A stretch of DNA of 64,000 nt from Oligoflexales bacterium (GCA_041736175.1 JBGSUI010000126.1:1-64000); one strand, 5' to 3'; counted from the stretch's first letter, positions 31,764 to 43,898 are shown. Numbers and translations are program-made. Notes: generated by a model from the letters alone, not told the origin.

Positions 31764-32657
31764 TCAGGTGAGTTTAAAGGAGCGCATCAGCTGGGAGGCC
31801 AAGGGGTTTTGGATCCTCCGCTCTGCAGCGATCAACCAAAGCTCTTCGTAAAGATTTGGGATCGTGCCGATCATAAACAGGGATTTTTGCTGAACCGCCT
31901 CTTCGGCCTGGGGCAAGGGTAGGGGAACCAGGCCCTCACCTTTGGTCGCAAGGAGTATTTGTAGCGACCGGCTTTGGACTTCCGCAACCGTTCTAAATTC
32001 AATTCCTGTGAGATTCATGGAGTGATTAAAATCCTGCCGGAGTTTGCTCTTGGTACTAGGGAGAATAAAGTCCTTATCCCGGAGGGATTCTGGAAACTGT
32101 TTTTTAAGGTCGCTGGACCCCGCAGCACCACAGATGACCACCGGAAACCGGGCGATGCAGCGGGAGTAAAAGGTTTGGGCTTCGGTGACCGGTGGTGGCT
32201 CGTTGGTCAGCGCTAGATCAATCCGGTGGGCCTTAAGCTCGCGAAGCAAGTCTTCAAGAGAGCCCTCCATCATGGTGACTTGGCATTCTTGATTGGCCTT
32301 TGCATAGGTGATGAGTTGTAAGCTGTATTGGTGGGAGACGCTGTCCGCAGCCCCAAACTGAATGTGGAGTTTGGTGCCAGTATGGTGATCCGTGAGGGAG
32401 TCAACCATCTCGTCTCCCAAGCGAAAAATCTCTTGGGCATAACCTAGGACCAGCTGGCCGGCCTCGGTGAGAGTCAGCCTCCGGTTGGTCCGATCAAAAA
32501 GGGTGTGGCCGATAGCATCTTCAAATTGTTTGATCTGGGTGGACAGGGTGGGCTGGCCGAGGCGTAGTTTTTTGGCGGCCTTGGCGATCCCCCCTTCCAT
32601 GGCGATGGTCTTAAAATAGAGCAGGTGATGATAGTTGACCCAAGGGCGGCGACCCAT
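31764..32657 (-). CDS. LysR-family regulator, NhaR-like
   Basis: WVNYHHLLYF...LGQPTLSTQIKQFE, YAQEIFRLGDEM. Confidence 0.9.
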   Translation of the reverse strand: MGRRPWVNYHHLLYFKTIAMEGGIAKAAKKLRLGQPTLSTQIKQFEDAIGHTLFDRTNRRLTLTEAGQLVLGYAQEIFRLGDEMVDSLTDHHTGTKLHIQFGAADSVSHQYSLQLITYAKANQECQVTMMEGSLEDLLRELKAHRIDLALTNEPPPVTEAQTFYSRCIARFPVVICGAAGSSDLKKQFPESLRDKDFILPSTKSKLRQDFNHSMNLTGIEFRTVAEVQSRSLQILLATKGEGLVPLPLPQAEEAVQQKSLFMIGTIPNLYEELWLIAAERRIQNPLASQLMRSFKLT

Positions 32658-32784
32658 AAATTCGTCCCCTATATTGGCGTACTCAGTGAGTTTCAATAGG
32701 ACTCTAGGTCTTTTTGTTGTACCATGAAAGTTTACCATAGTTCTAAAGAAAACCACAGAAATCCATTGTTTTAAGGAGCTCTCT

Positions 32785-33219
32785 ATGAAGTCTCACATGT
32801 CCCAAAAACCAGCGACCCCATCCAAAATCTCTCTCTGGAGTCTTGATGGTCGGTCCTTTGTGTTTGGTCTCACTTTTGCCTTGGTAGGAGGTCTAGGAGC
32901 TGAGATGGCGGGAGCCTTTAATCTGGCCAATATCACTAAATCCGTTTCCAATTTAGTCAATATTAAAAAAAATCTAGACAGCGACGTTAAACTGCTCACA
33001 GCAGACGCTAAAAAACTCCTTGGTAGCAAAGACCAGCTTTTGCAGATCAAGGACAAGCTTTTGAACCTTGCCAAAGACACCAAATCTCAGGTGGACTCCA
33101 TCCAGAGCTTGGTTTCCCAAGTTGAAGGCCAACTCAAGGCCACAGAGGCTAACATCGCCACGACCGCAACCCACGTGAATGAGATCGACCAGGTCCGCAA
33201 AGCCTTAGGAGGATCCTAG
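32785..33219 (+). CDS. Hypothetical exported coiled-coil protein
   Basis: AAGGAG RBS, hydrophobic N-terminal segment, heptad-rich body. Confidence 0.65.
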   Translation: MKSHMSQKPATPSKISLWSLDGRSFVFGLTFALVGGLGAEMAGAFNLANITKSVSNLVNIKKNLDSDVKLLTADAKKLLGSKDQLLQIKDKLLNLAKDTKSQVDSIQSLVSQVEGQLKATEANIATTATHVNEIDQVRKALGGS

Positions 33220-33246
33220 TCGAGCCGATTTGTTTTACATTTGGTT

Positions 33247-33282
33247 AAGCCGGGCGGCTCCCTGAGGGGGAGCCTGGGGCTT
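33247..33282. terminator. GC-rich hairpin between convergent genes
   Basis: AAGCC...GGCTCCC/GGGAGCC...GGCTT. Confidence 0.5.
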
Positions 33283-33445
33283 ATTTCATCTTCTGTTCTT
33301 TAAAAATCACGTGTTTTTGGACTTTAGGATCGTATTTTTTACGTTCGAGTTTATCACGGCCCTTTTTGCGGGCTGTCACATAAAAGTAACCGGTATCTGC
33401 GGTGGATACCAATCGTACAAGTTCTCGGTTTTGCTTCTTTGCCAC
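33281..33445 (-). CDS. rpmG: 50S ribosomal protein L33 (Cys-free type)
   Basis: Manual translation from [65 protein letters not shown]; below the ORF-track size cutoff. Confidence 0.95.
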   Translation of the reverse strand: MAKKQNRELVRLVSTADTGYFYVTARKKGRDKLERKKYDPKVQKHVIFKEQKMK

Positions 33446-33532
33446 GGGGATCTCTCCTGTTGACCTTTAAATGACCCATTTAAGGTTGGTGAAACTAGCA
33501 ATTAAAGTGGGGTGGGGCAATCTCTATTTTTT

Positions 33533-34924
33533 TTAGCCTTCAGGTTGGACCATTTTTTCGGGTCTCACATGACGATCAAAGTCTTCTGCAGTCATAAGTC
33601 CTAGTTGGACGGCTGCCTGTTTGAGGGTGAGATTTTCTTGGTAGGCTTTTTTTGCCACCTTTGCCGCCTGGTCGTAGCCAATCACCGGATTGAGGGCGGT
33701 CACCAACATCAGGGACTGATCCAGGTGGCGTTTGATCATATCGCGGTTTGCTTCGATGCCGACGATACAATTTTCATTAAAGCTTTTCATGGCATCGGCC
33801 AGTAGCCCAAGGGATTCCAGCACATTATGGATGATGACCGGCTTAAAGACATTTAGCTCAAAGTGCCCCTGGCTGCCGGCGATTCCGACCGCAGTATCAA
33901 GACCCATCACGTGGACGGCAACCATCGTCAGAGCCTCGCACTGGGTGGGGTTCACCTTGCCCGGCATGATCGAGCTTCCGGGCTCGTTGGCAGGCAAGAT
34001 CAGCTCCCCTATCCCCGACCGGGGTCCACTCCCAAGGAGTCTGATATCATTGGCGATCTTAAGGCAAGCTACGGCCAACCCCCGCAAGGCACTGCTGGCT
34101 GTCACCAAGGCATCATGGGCCGCAAGGGCCGCAAACTTGTTTGGCGCCGTCCTAAAGGCAAATCCCGTCAGTTTGCCGATATGGAGCGCGACTTTTTCGG
34201 CATACTGGGGATGGGTGTTAAGTCCGGTGCCGACAGCGCTGCCACCCAGGGCTAAATCCAAGAGGGCTTCGATGGCTTCGAGGATTCGCTTTTCCCCTTG
34301 TTCCAGCTGGGAGGCGTATCCCGAAAACTCTTGGCCTAGGGTGAGAGGAGTCGCATCCATCAAGTGGGTTCGCCCGATTTTGATGATGTCTTTAAACTCT
34401 TCGGCCTTTGCCCAGAAAACCCGCTGGAGGTTGCGTAACTCAGGGAGGAGGTTTTGTTGGAAGTCGCTAACCGCTGCCACATGCATAAAGGTGGGAAATG
34501 CATCGTTAGACGACTGGGACATATTGACGTCGTCGTTAGGGTGAACAGGCTTTTTGGAGCCTAGTGTCCCCCCAGCGATCTCAATGGCCCGGTTGGCGAT
34601 CACCTCGTTGGCGTTCATATTGGACTGGGTGCCGCTGCCTGTCTGCCAAACCACCAGGGGAAAATGGGAGTCGAGTTTGCCGGCAATCACCTCGTCGGCA
34701 GCCATCACGATCAAGTCGCATTTTTCTTTAGAAAGTTTGCCCAGCTCAAAGTTAGTGAGGGCTGCTGCTTTTTTGACGATTCCAAAGGCCCTGATCATGC
34801 CCCGCGAAAATCGGTGCCCGCCTATCTTAAAGTTTTGCAAGGACCTCTGGGTCTGGGCCCCCCAGTAGCGATCTTTTTGGACTTCGATGCTGCCTATGGA
34901 ATCGGTTTCGATGCGCGCGGACAT
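33533..34924 (-). CDS. fumC: Class II fumarate hydratase
   Basis: [36 protein letters not shown]. Confidence 0.97.
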   Translation of the reverse strand: MSARIETDSIGSIEVQKDRYWGAQTQRSLQNFKIGGHRFSRGMIRAFGIVKKAAALTNFELGKLSKEKCDLIVMAADEVIAGKLDSHFPLVVWQTGSGTQSNMNANEVIANRAIEIAGGTLGSKKPVHPNDDVNMSQSSNDAFPTFMHVAAVSDFQQNLLPELRNLQRVFWAKAEEFKDIIKIGRTHLMDATPLTLGQEFSGYASQLEQGEKRILEAIEALLDLALGGSAVGTGLNTHPQYAEKVALHIGKLTGFAFRTAPNKFAALAAHDALVTASSALRGLAVACLKIANDIRLLGSGPRSGIGELILPANEPGSSIMPGKVNPTQCEALTMVAVHVMGLDTAVGIAGSQGHFELNVFKPVIIHNVLESLGLLADAMKSFNENCIVGIEANRDMIKRHLDQSLMLVTALNPVIGYDQAAKVAKKAYQENLTLKQAAVQLGLMTAEDFDRHVRPEKMVQPEG

Positions 34925-34935
34925 TGTAAACACTC

Positions 34936-35766
34936 CTATGTTTTGGCCTTAATTTTGGCGTACAGATGGTAAGACCCCAAGATCGAACCCATCCACCAGG
35001 CTCCGAGGATAAGCCTAAGGAGGACTTCCCAGGTTTCGGGAGTGGTCCAAGACCCCCACGTGCCAAGCTGCTGGGACGCTGCTGCCGCTCCTTTAGAAAC
35101 ATCTTCCACAAAGAGCGATAGACCCTCCGGTAGTAGCACCATAAGGAGGATAAAAGCTACCAAAAGCGGGGTGTGGCCTTTGGCCAACTGGCGGCTTCGA
35201 AACCTTGCCTGCCAAGGGCTCAGGGACTCCACCACCACCAAGGTCTGGGCATAGACCAGCGGCACCATCACATAGGTTGCGCCAATGATACCGTAGGGTA
35301 TCAGGGCATAGGGGGAATCCCATTTGAAGAGATAATTGACCAGAAGACCCGGCAGCAGGGCGATGGCCGTGCCCCCCATCAAAATAAAGCTTATAATAAA
35401 ACTGACAATCAACAGGGATGACCAAAGGCGAAGACTGGTACCTAGGTTCTCCAAAAGAGCTGAGGTTAACGCCGGAAGAGTGTCGGATCCCCCTGTCCTA
35501 GGCGCCGGGTGGGGAGCGGGGTGAGGTTGGGAGTGGGGCCGGGATCGTTGGTGGAGGACGAGGAGGACCATGGCGGTGAGGATCGGGGTTAACAGGATCC
35601 CGATGGCCCCGTCAAACACAAATCCCGTAACCTGCTCGGAAGCCCCCCAATGCTCCCCTACCGTCCAGCGTAGGAGTTCGAGTGGTAAATCGACTATGAA
35701 ATTGAGAAAGATAAGGTTGACGACTAGACTTTTTGTGATCGGAGAATCCACCGCCGCCTCTGCCAT
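34936..35766 (-). CDS. Hypothetical membrane protein
   Basis: About 6 TM segments. Confidence 0.6.
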   Translation of the reverse strand: MAEAAVDSPITKSLVVNLIFLNFIVDLPLELLRWTVGEHWGASEQVTGFVFDGAIGILLTPILTAMVLLVLHQRSRPHSQPHPAPHPAPRTGGSDTLPALTSALLENLGTSLRLWSSLLIVSFIISFILMGGTAIALLPGLLVNYLFKWDSPYALIPYGIIGATYVMVPLVYAQTLVVVESLSPWQARFRSRQLAKGHTPLLVAFILLMVLLPEGLSLFVEDVSKGAAAASQQLGTWGSWTTPETWEVLLRLILGAWWMGSILGSYHLYAKIKAKT

Positions 35767-35951
35767 GTCTGGAATCTCCCCAAAAAATAAAGACCCTTAA
35801 CTGGGCTCAACCTGCCGAAATCCTATATTTTACCAGAGGCTGAGTCAATCTGGCTTTTATATGATTTGCTTGGGACGGCTCGCCGCTGGTAAACCTTGTC
35901 GGTGGGTGACTCTGAGACACAAACGGAACCGGACGATAGGGAGCATTTATT

Positions 35952-37193
35952 GTGATTTTTTGCGCGATGCTGTTGTTGTTAAGCGGTCGGGTCCTAGCCC
36001 AAGGGGCTGCCAAGGAGATCTCAATGCCCGCGAGCCCTGGTCCACTGAAGGAGCGCCTTTGGGGCGAAGTGAGTCAAAAGCTGATGGCCATCCCCAACCA
36101 TCCCTGGGCGCTGCCGGTGGCGACTCCCCTCTATCAAAAGACTATCGGTTCTTGGCAGTTACCTCCCGGCATTGCCGACACATCCCCCTCGCTCTGTCCA
36201 TCTCTCTACCCACCCGTGCGTCAGCTCCTCCAGGCGGTCGGCCCGTCGCTTTTTCTGGTGGCTCCCCAAGATGGGGAGGTGACTGTCCTCCAAAACGCTT
36301 TTGATCCCGAGCAGGCTCAAAAACCCTCAGCGCCTTTGGTGGGAGCCTATCTCAAAGCCCGAGGGCAGCGGATCTTTGTGGCTGCAGTCCTTCAGGGCTC
36401 GCCAGCTTCCATGGCGGGGGTGATGGCCGGGGATGAGGTCGTCTCCATCCAGGGTAAACCACCAAAGGTGGATCCCCAGGGTTTCCCTAAGGGCGCAACC
36501 CAGTGGGTCCTCCGAAGGTCCCCCTCTCATCTCGTGCCTGTGATGGTGCCAGCACCCGTAGCACAAACGATCGACGACCTGATTGCCGAACATATCAAGC
36601 TTGTCCCTCGAAAAATTGTGACTAAAGCTGGGACTTCCACAAAAAGTGTCGTCTATGCCCACCTAGCTTCGACCCATCGGACACGATTTTTTATTGATTT
36701 TAAGGAGGCTGTGAACGCCCTTCTCGTTCCGGAGGGGCCTCTCAGGCCCAAGCCTCCTTCTAAGGCCCACAAAGTCACCGGACTGATCATCGACCTTAGG
36801 GGTCCCTTTGGCCCGGTGGGGTCGAGTTTTGCGGAGCTTCTGAGTGAGCCAAATTGGTTTTTTGGAACCGATCCCCAAAAACCCTTACGCCCTGTGGCCG
36901 TGCTAGTGGACGAGACGACCCTAGGGGGACGGGAGTGGTTGGCATGGATGCTGAAATCAAAGGCAGGAGCCACCTTGGTGGGAGCCCATACAGGAGGCAT
37001 GTGGGCTTCGAGTCAGTGGCTACCCCTTGAGGTGTGTCCTGGATATTTACTAGTCCCCCAGGGCTCTACCAAAGCTCCTTTACCCGAAGGGATCGGGCTA
37101 ACACCAGATGTGGTGGTCCCTACTTCTATAGTCTATATGAGCGGTGCAGATCCTGTTTTGGAAGCTGCGATCCGGTCTCTGGACCGGACTTAG
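35952..37193 (+). CDS. S41-family peptidase-like protein with PDZ domain, degenerate active site
   Basis: GSPASMAGVMAGDEVVSIQG (PDZ), GLIIDLRG, VAVLVDETTLGGRE, LVGAHTGG, EGIGLTPDV, DPVLEAA. Confidence 0.75.
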   Translation: MIFCAMLLLLSGRVLAQGAAKEISMPASPGPLKERLWGEVSQKLMAIPNHPWALPVATPLYQKTIGSWQLPPGIADTSPSLCPSLYPPVRQLLQAVGPSLFLVAPQDGEVTVLQNAFDPEQAQKPSAPLVGAYLKARGQRIFVAAVLQGSPASMAGVMAGDEVVSIQGKPPKVDPQGFPKGATQWVLRRSPSHLVPVMVPAPVAQTIDDLIAEHIKLVPRKIVTKAGTSTKSVVYAHLASTHRTRFFIDFKEAVNALLVPEGPLRPKPPSKAHKVTGLIIDLRGPFGPVGSSFAELLSEPNWFFGTDPQKPLRPVAVLVDETTLGGREWLAWMLKSKAGATLVGAHTGGMWASSQWLPLEVCPGYLLVPQGSTKAPLPEGIGLTPDVVVPTSIVYMSGADPVLEAAIRSLDRT

Positions 37194-37245
37194 GTCGTTT
37201 AAACCTTCTTTCGAGCTTGGTCCACGAATAGAGTTACCTATGGGC

Positions 37246-38160
37246 TTATTCAGCTGGGCGTACATAGACCTCGATATTTTTTTCTGGTTGAGTTTTGTTA
37301 AGTTGTTGGTAGAGGGGTTTGCGAAGATCAAGATGGAGAGATCCTTTTGCGCAAGGGTTTTTCCCCTCATAAACCTCTTTGTAACGGTTGTTCCAATGTT
37401 GGGAAGGACAAGCATCGTAAATCACTGCTGGCACACTCTTTGACTTATCTTTCGTGGAGACGATAAACTTTTTTCCACAAGGGACATTGCAACGGGGTTC
37501 ACGCACCATTTTTTGACCGTTCTCGACTCGCTTCACATCATTTGGCATCTTATCCCACTTACCTTGGCAATCGGAATGATCGCATATTGCCCAGCTTTCA
37601 TTTTCACAGGAACCAGGCCAAAAAGGTGACTGTTCGGTGACAGCAAAATACAAGCCTCCGTGATTGTTGGCATCGCCGCAGGTGGTTTTATAATAGTGCT
37701 CACCATTGAATGGGTAGTAGGTGGTGTTAAACAAAATATCTTTGCCATTGTTTACATTGTTTACAGGCGTCGGAGCTTTCTGGGCTGTAGCATTATTTTG
37801 GGTTTTCAGAAATTTACATGATTGGTTTTTTTCCCATCCCCATCCTTGGACATGATTAGGTACGGCTTTAGGTGAGCAAATCGGCCATAGCAGACAACTC
37901 TTTCCGTTTTCATAGCCCCAAGTATTGTCTGGAGAAGGAGTCGCTTTGTTTTGGCAAACAGGATAAACAGTGCAGGAAGTTCGATTTTCTTCCCACCCAG
38001 TGCCATCGTTTTCAGGATCTATCGCGCCTAAGGTGCATGTCGGTAAGGAATTCGCTGTTACTGAAGAGTCAGAGCTTTCAGTGATATTGCAGCCCTGTGT
38101 AGGAAAAAAAACAAGATTGAGGGTAGCAAACAGGATTCCGAAATACAAGGTTTTGTTCAT
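37246..38160 (-). CDS. Lipoprotein with three CBM10-like repeats and a C-terminal expansin/barwin-like DPBB
   Basis: PxC...(W)GWE/GYE...SC three times; TYY...TTCG...FAV...CGKKFIV...IYDACP...HLDLRKPLYQQL. Confidence 0.7.
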   Translation of the reverse strand: MNKTLYFGILFATLNLVFFPTQGCNITESSDSSVTANSLPTCTLGAIDPENDGTGWEENRTSCTVYPVCQNKATPSPDNTWGYENGKSCLLWPICSPKAVPNHVQGWGWEKNQSCKFLKTQNNATAQKAPTPVNNVNNGKDILFNTTYYPFNGEHYYKTTCGDANNHGGLYFAVTEQSPFWPGSCENESWAICDHSDCQGKWDKMPNDVKRVENGQKMVREPRCNVPCGKKFIVSTKDKSKSVPAVIYDACPSQHWNNRYKEVYEGKNPCAKGSLHLDLRKPLYQQLNKTQPEKNIEVYVRPAE

Positions 38161-38374
38161 AAGTAAAACTCTCTCTATAAACGTTTGATGATTTGGCACA
38201 ATAGTAAATCTTTCAATTTTTATGCCAATGATTTACAGGAGAATTTTTGAGTATCGTCTTGTTATAATTTAGGAATTTTTTTCGTAAATGTTTAAAGATC
38301 TTTCACTGAAAAGTTTGTGAACATGTTGATAGGTGGCTAATCGGTGGATTATTTTCTCCCTAACCCGAGGGTAG

Positions 38375-40317
<1,943 letters not shown>

Positions 40318-40327
40318 TTAGGTTCTC

Positions 40328-40753
40328 CTAGACTTGATGATCTTGGTTATCAAAAAAACCCTGAATCCCTTGTTTAAGAACCATAAACTGGTCTTGTCCG
40401 TAGGCCACTCCAGGGCCTCGACCCCACACGGGTCGAGGCCATAGGGAGTCCGTGGATTGGCGCCCGACCACATGAATATGGAGCTGGCTGACGATATTGC
40501 CGAGGGCACCGATGTTGATCTTTTGGGCATTGAACACCTGTTTGACTAAGTTGCTGACAAGCACCACTTCGTCCATTAACTGGTGCTGGTCTTGGGGGGA
40601 CAACTCAAAAATTTCAGTGACCTCCTCACGGCGAGGAACCAGGATGAGCCAGGGAAATCGCTGGTCGTTCATCAAGACAACCTGACAGAGGGGGAGATCC
40701 CGTAAAAAAAGGGTTTCAGCGGCCAATGAGGGGTGGAGTCGAAAGGGAGGCAT
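40328..40753 (-). CDS. HIT-family protein
   Basis: PWLILVP, KINIGALGNIVSQLHIHVVGR, WPRPVWG. Confidence 0.9.
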   Translation of the reverse strand: MPPFRLHPSLAAETLFLRDLPLCQVVLMNDQRFPWLILVPRREEVTEIFELSPQDQHQLMDEVVLVSNLVKQVFNAQKINIGALGNIVSQLHIHVVGRQSTDSLWPRPVWGRGPGVAYGQDQFMVLKQGIQGFFDNQDHQV

Positions 40754-40811
40754 GGGAGTCTTTCTGTTTCTAGGTCACTGGGACCATAAAGATAGCAAGA
40801 AAAGTTTTTTT

Positions 40812-41588
40812 TTAAAACGCTCGATCATTCCACCTGGGATGTTCTTGCTCTGCCACGGTTTTTTCGATCCAATCGGCTAAGAACCTTATGTCGACATTGT
40901 AGCCATATTGACGACAATTTGGGTCTCCCGAAACGTGGATTCCTGCAAGGGTCAGTCCTACGTCCTTTCTCTTTATAAAAACCGGGCCACCTGAATCCCC
41001 ATGACACCCCCCGCGGCCTTCGTAGCGGAAGGTTTTCGATTCAGGGTAAAACTTTGAAATCCTTTGACTCCAGCCCGTGGAGCGGAGAGTTCCACGAGTC
41101 TCATCTGGGGCATCCCAGCTGGTTTTTCCATATCCCGCAAGCAAAATCGTCTCTCCAACCTGTAGTTCGTCCTTCTGGGTCAGGTAGGGGACAGGTTTGT
41201 AGCTCGAAGGTGCATCCTTAACCAAATAAGCGATGGCAACGTCATCATGAGGGGGGCCTATAATCGCCTTGCAGTTGATCGACTGGGCTTGGGGATCGTC
41301 GAGCCTACGGCCAAAGATGATTTGGCAATCGGTCCCTGCCTTAAAGCAATGTTTGGCCGTAAGAACGGTTCTTTTTCCCACCAAGGCTCCACTACAGGTT
41401 TTCCCTGCACGGACTCTGAGTTCCTTATGATAAACCACTGCGACTGTTGACAAACCAACCTGGTCATCAACTCCGACGTCACACCCGCCAGCGATCTTTA
41501 GGGCCGATCCCAACTGATCTGCGGATTTTCTAGAGACTGACCAGTCACAACTGGGCAGGAACAGGATAAAACTCAACAGGTTGGGCAT
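40812..41588 (-). CDS. Trypsin-like (S1) serine protease
   Basis: IAGG, CSGALV, LTAKHC, DDVAI, CHGDSGGP; start uncertain. Confidence 0.9.
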   Translation of the reverse strand: MPNLLSFILFLPSCDWSVSRKSADQLGSALKIAGGCDVGVDDQVGLSTVAVVYHKELRVRAGKTCSGALVGKRTVLTAKHCFKAGTDCQIIFGRRLDDPQAQSINCKAIIGPPHDDVAIAYLVKDAPSSYKPVPYLTQKDELQVGETILLAGYGKTSWDAPDETRGTLRSTGWSQRISKFYPESKTFRYEGRGGCHGDSGGPVFIKRKDVGLTLAGIHVSGDPNCRQYGYNVDIRFLADWIEKTVAEQEHPRWNDRAF

Positions 41589-41818
41589 GTAAGATCTGAA
41601 GATTTTAGAGAACATTTTAAAGGAACTCCTAGGAGCTGGGAAACCAGGAAATAGTGTAGACAGGACCACGCTCAGAAATGACCGAGCAAAATCCATTCCA
41701 AAAAGCTAAGGAGGCGAAGGAAAGTCGGGCTCCCGAGCTATTTCCTGGTCCAGACCAAGCAACTTGAGGTAGGGTCGGTGTCGGAACTGTCTTAGTTGCC
41801 CCCTATAGGAGACCGACC

Positions 41819-42247
41819 ATGCCTGCTACCATGACCATTACCCGAACTTTTGAGTTTTGCGCAGGTCACCGGCTTTTTCGACCCGATTGGTCCGAAGAAA
41901 AAAATAAGCAGATCTTTGGTTTGTGCGCGAATCTCGAAGGCCACGGACACAACTACACCCTCGAGGTGAGTGTCTCCGGTCCTATCGATCGAGAGACTGG
42001 GATGATCATGAATCTCAGGGAGCTTAAGGAGATCGTCAAAGACCATGTGATCGCTCAGATCGACCACAAAAATCTCAATAAAGACGTATCCTGGATGGCG
42101 GGGGTTAACCCGACCACCGAAGAATTTGCAGAAAAAATCGGCCAGCGGCTTCGGGAGCTGTTACAAAAAAAAGTACCACAAGTTAAGCTTGCTGCCATCG
42201 TTTTGCATGAAACAACCAACAACAAGGTGATGATCCAATGGCAGTAG
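41819..42247 (+). CDS. 6-pyruvoyl-tetrahydropterin synthase, CX5HGH (PTPS-II-like)
   Basis: FCAGHRL...WSEEKNKQIFGLCANLEGHGHNY, IDHKNLN, PTTE, LHET. Confidence 0.9.
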   Translation: MPATMTITRTFEFCAGHRLFRPDWSEEKNKQIFGLCANLEGHGHNYTLEVSVSGPIDRETGMIMNLRELKEIVKDHVIAQIDHKNLNKDVSWMAGVNPTTEEFAEKIGQRLRELLQKKVPQVKLAAIVLHETTNNKVMIQWQ

Positions 42248-43074
42248 AACATCCTCTGGGAGGTCCCCACACCGACGCCAACCTAAGCCGCGACTTAACC
42301 CACTTCTACGGAGTCCAAGGCTTGGTAGCCCTCGTCACAGGTGGTGGAACGGGTATCGGACAAGCTTCGGTGATGGTCTTGGCTAAAGCGGGGGCGAAGA
42401 AACTTTTTATCGCTGGGCGACGCCTAGGACCGCTGCAGGAGACGGCGGCCCGCGTCAAAGAGGTGAGACCGTCCTGTGAGGTGGAAGTCATCGAATGCGA
42501 TCTTGCCCAGAGCGCATCAGTAGCCGCACTCGTCCTAAAAATAAAAAAGTATGGTCAACTTGATATCCTCGTCAACAATGCGGGGCAATTCCAATCAGCA
42601 TCCTTAGGGGCCACCACCGACGCCCTTTGGGAAGAGACCCTTAGGATCAATCTCCAGGCTCCCATGGGCCTTACGCGGGATCTACTACCCCTCTTAAAGC
42701 GCTCTGATGCGCCGGCAGTGGTCAATATCAGCTCCACCTTGGCGGTGAAACCAATCCCAGAGGCGTCCGCTTACAATGCCAGTAAGGCTGCCTTGGTGCA
42801 GTTGACCCGGTCCCTAGCCCTGGAGCTTGCCCCCGATGGAATACGGGTCAATACAATCCTTCCCGCCGTTGTCGAGACTCCCATGTACCGGGGACGCTAC
42901 GACAACGAGACCACCTACCAGGAAGGGGTTCGGCAGGCCAACAGGCTCCATCCTCTCGGACGCATGGGGCAGCCCGAAGACATCGGCATGTCGGTTCTGT
43001 TTCTCGCCAGCCGGGCATCGAGTTGGATTACTGGAGTTGCTTTACCTGTAGATGGCGGGATGTTGGTCACTTAA
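42238..43074 (+). CDS. Classical SDR oxidoreductase overlapping the PTPS gene
   Basis: TGGGTGIG, NNAG, NISS, YNASK; AGRR basic patch suggests NADP(H) preference. Confidence 0.85.
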   Translation: MAVEHPLGGPHTDANLSRDLTHFYGVQGLVALVTGGGTGIGQASVMVLAKAGAKKLFIAGRRLGPLQETAARVKEVRPSCEVEVIECDLAQSASVAALVLKIKKYGQLDILVNNAGQFQSASLGATTDALWEETLRINLQAPMGLTRDLLPLLKRSDAPAVVNISSTLAVKPIPEASAYNASKAALVQLTRSLALELAPDGIRVNTILPAVVETPMYRGRYDNETTYQEGVRQANRLHPLGRMGQPEDIGMSVLFLASRASSWITGVALPVDGGMLVT

Positions 43075-43152
43075 TCTATTTATTTGTAAAGATAATTTAG
43101 AAAGATTTAGGTAGGGAGTCTGTGTTCATGATGACCTACCTAGCTATTCCAA

Positions 43153-43485
43153 CTAAGAAACAACCGATGAAATAATTTCTTTTTGTAAACCTGCGTCTCT
43201 GATATAGCCACACTTATTGATTAAGTGATTGACAGGCACAGTTACCAAGAAGTCTGTCCAAGCATATGAGTCATACTGCAGGCAAAGTAGCTGACTCTTC
43301 TTAATCAATACATCTGTCTCTAGTCCACGTTTCATTGTGGAAATGGGTATTAAGTTTAAAAGGATATTGTTCTTATCATCATAAGTTTCGGAAGATATAA
43401 CTATGTAAAAATGACTTGGCGGATTTGTTTTATCAGCAGGAATGAAAGTATTTATTTTATAAACACACCATTTTAAGGCAGACAT
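43153..43485 (-). CDS. Divergent PemK/MazF-like toxin
   Basis: HFYIVISSETYD...LIPIST...TDVLI...LQYDSYAWTDFLVTV...LINKCGYI matches PemK spacing; AT-rich islet. Confidence 0.55.
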   Translation of the reverse strand: MSALKWCVYKINTFIPADKTNPPSHFYIVISSETYDDKNNILLNLIPISTMKRGLETDVLIKKSQLLCLQYDSYAWTDFLVTVPVNHLINKCGYIRDAGLQKEIISSVVS

Positions 43486-43763
43486 TGAATAGCTATGATT
43501 TCATTTGTTAAATCAGATTGACCGTTACTTACTCGATTGGATCTATTTTTAATCTGCACTTCATCTTTGACAGAGTGGTAATAGTTTTCTATAGCTTCGA
43601 ATTCAGATACATTTGGGTAAACACTGATAGCAGTTTCCGTTACTTTATTAAAATCAGATTGTCCTATTCTCTTGAAGAATAGATCAATTCTTTCTATCTT
43701 TTTCATATTGGCCTCGATTCCAGGAGTTTTGTAATCTATTTGTTTTGCTGTTGAGTCGACCAT
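43473..43763 (-). CDS. Hypothetical protein, candidate antitoxin
   Basis: 96 aa, AAGGAG RBS, overlaps the start of the PemK-like gene. Confidence 0.5.
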   Translation of the reverse strand: MVDSTAKQIDYKTPGIEANMKKIERIDLFFKRIGQSDFNKVTETAISVYPNVSEFEAIENYYHSVKDEVQIKNRSNRVSNGQSDLTNEIIAIQCLP

Positions 43764-43810
43764 GTTTTTCTCCTTGCCTCGATCATACCTACCTCCAGTA
43801 TGCTTCTAAC

Positions 43811-43837
43811 CTTTCGGAATTTCAACAGAAAACTTTA
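43811..43837 (-). promoter_or_regulatory. Putative sigma28 promoter
   Basis: TAAAGTTT-N11-TCCGAAAG on the minus strand. Confidence 0.5.
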
Positions 43838-43898
43838 GATGTTTTGGATAACTATCTGTTGTTACTATTATTTTAACACGCCGCTCATATCCTTACTC

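Noticed and set aside
41819..42247. Calling the gene queD
   Set aside because: Motif is CX5HGH rather than CX3HGH, and no queC/E/F genes are nearby; a QueD role is not fully excluded.
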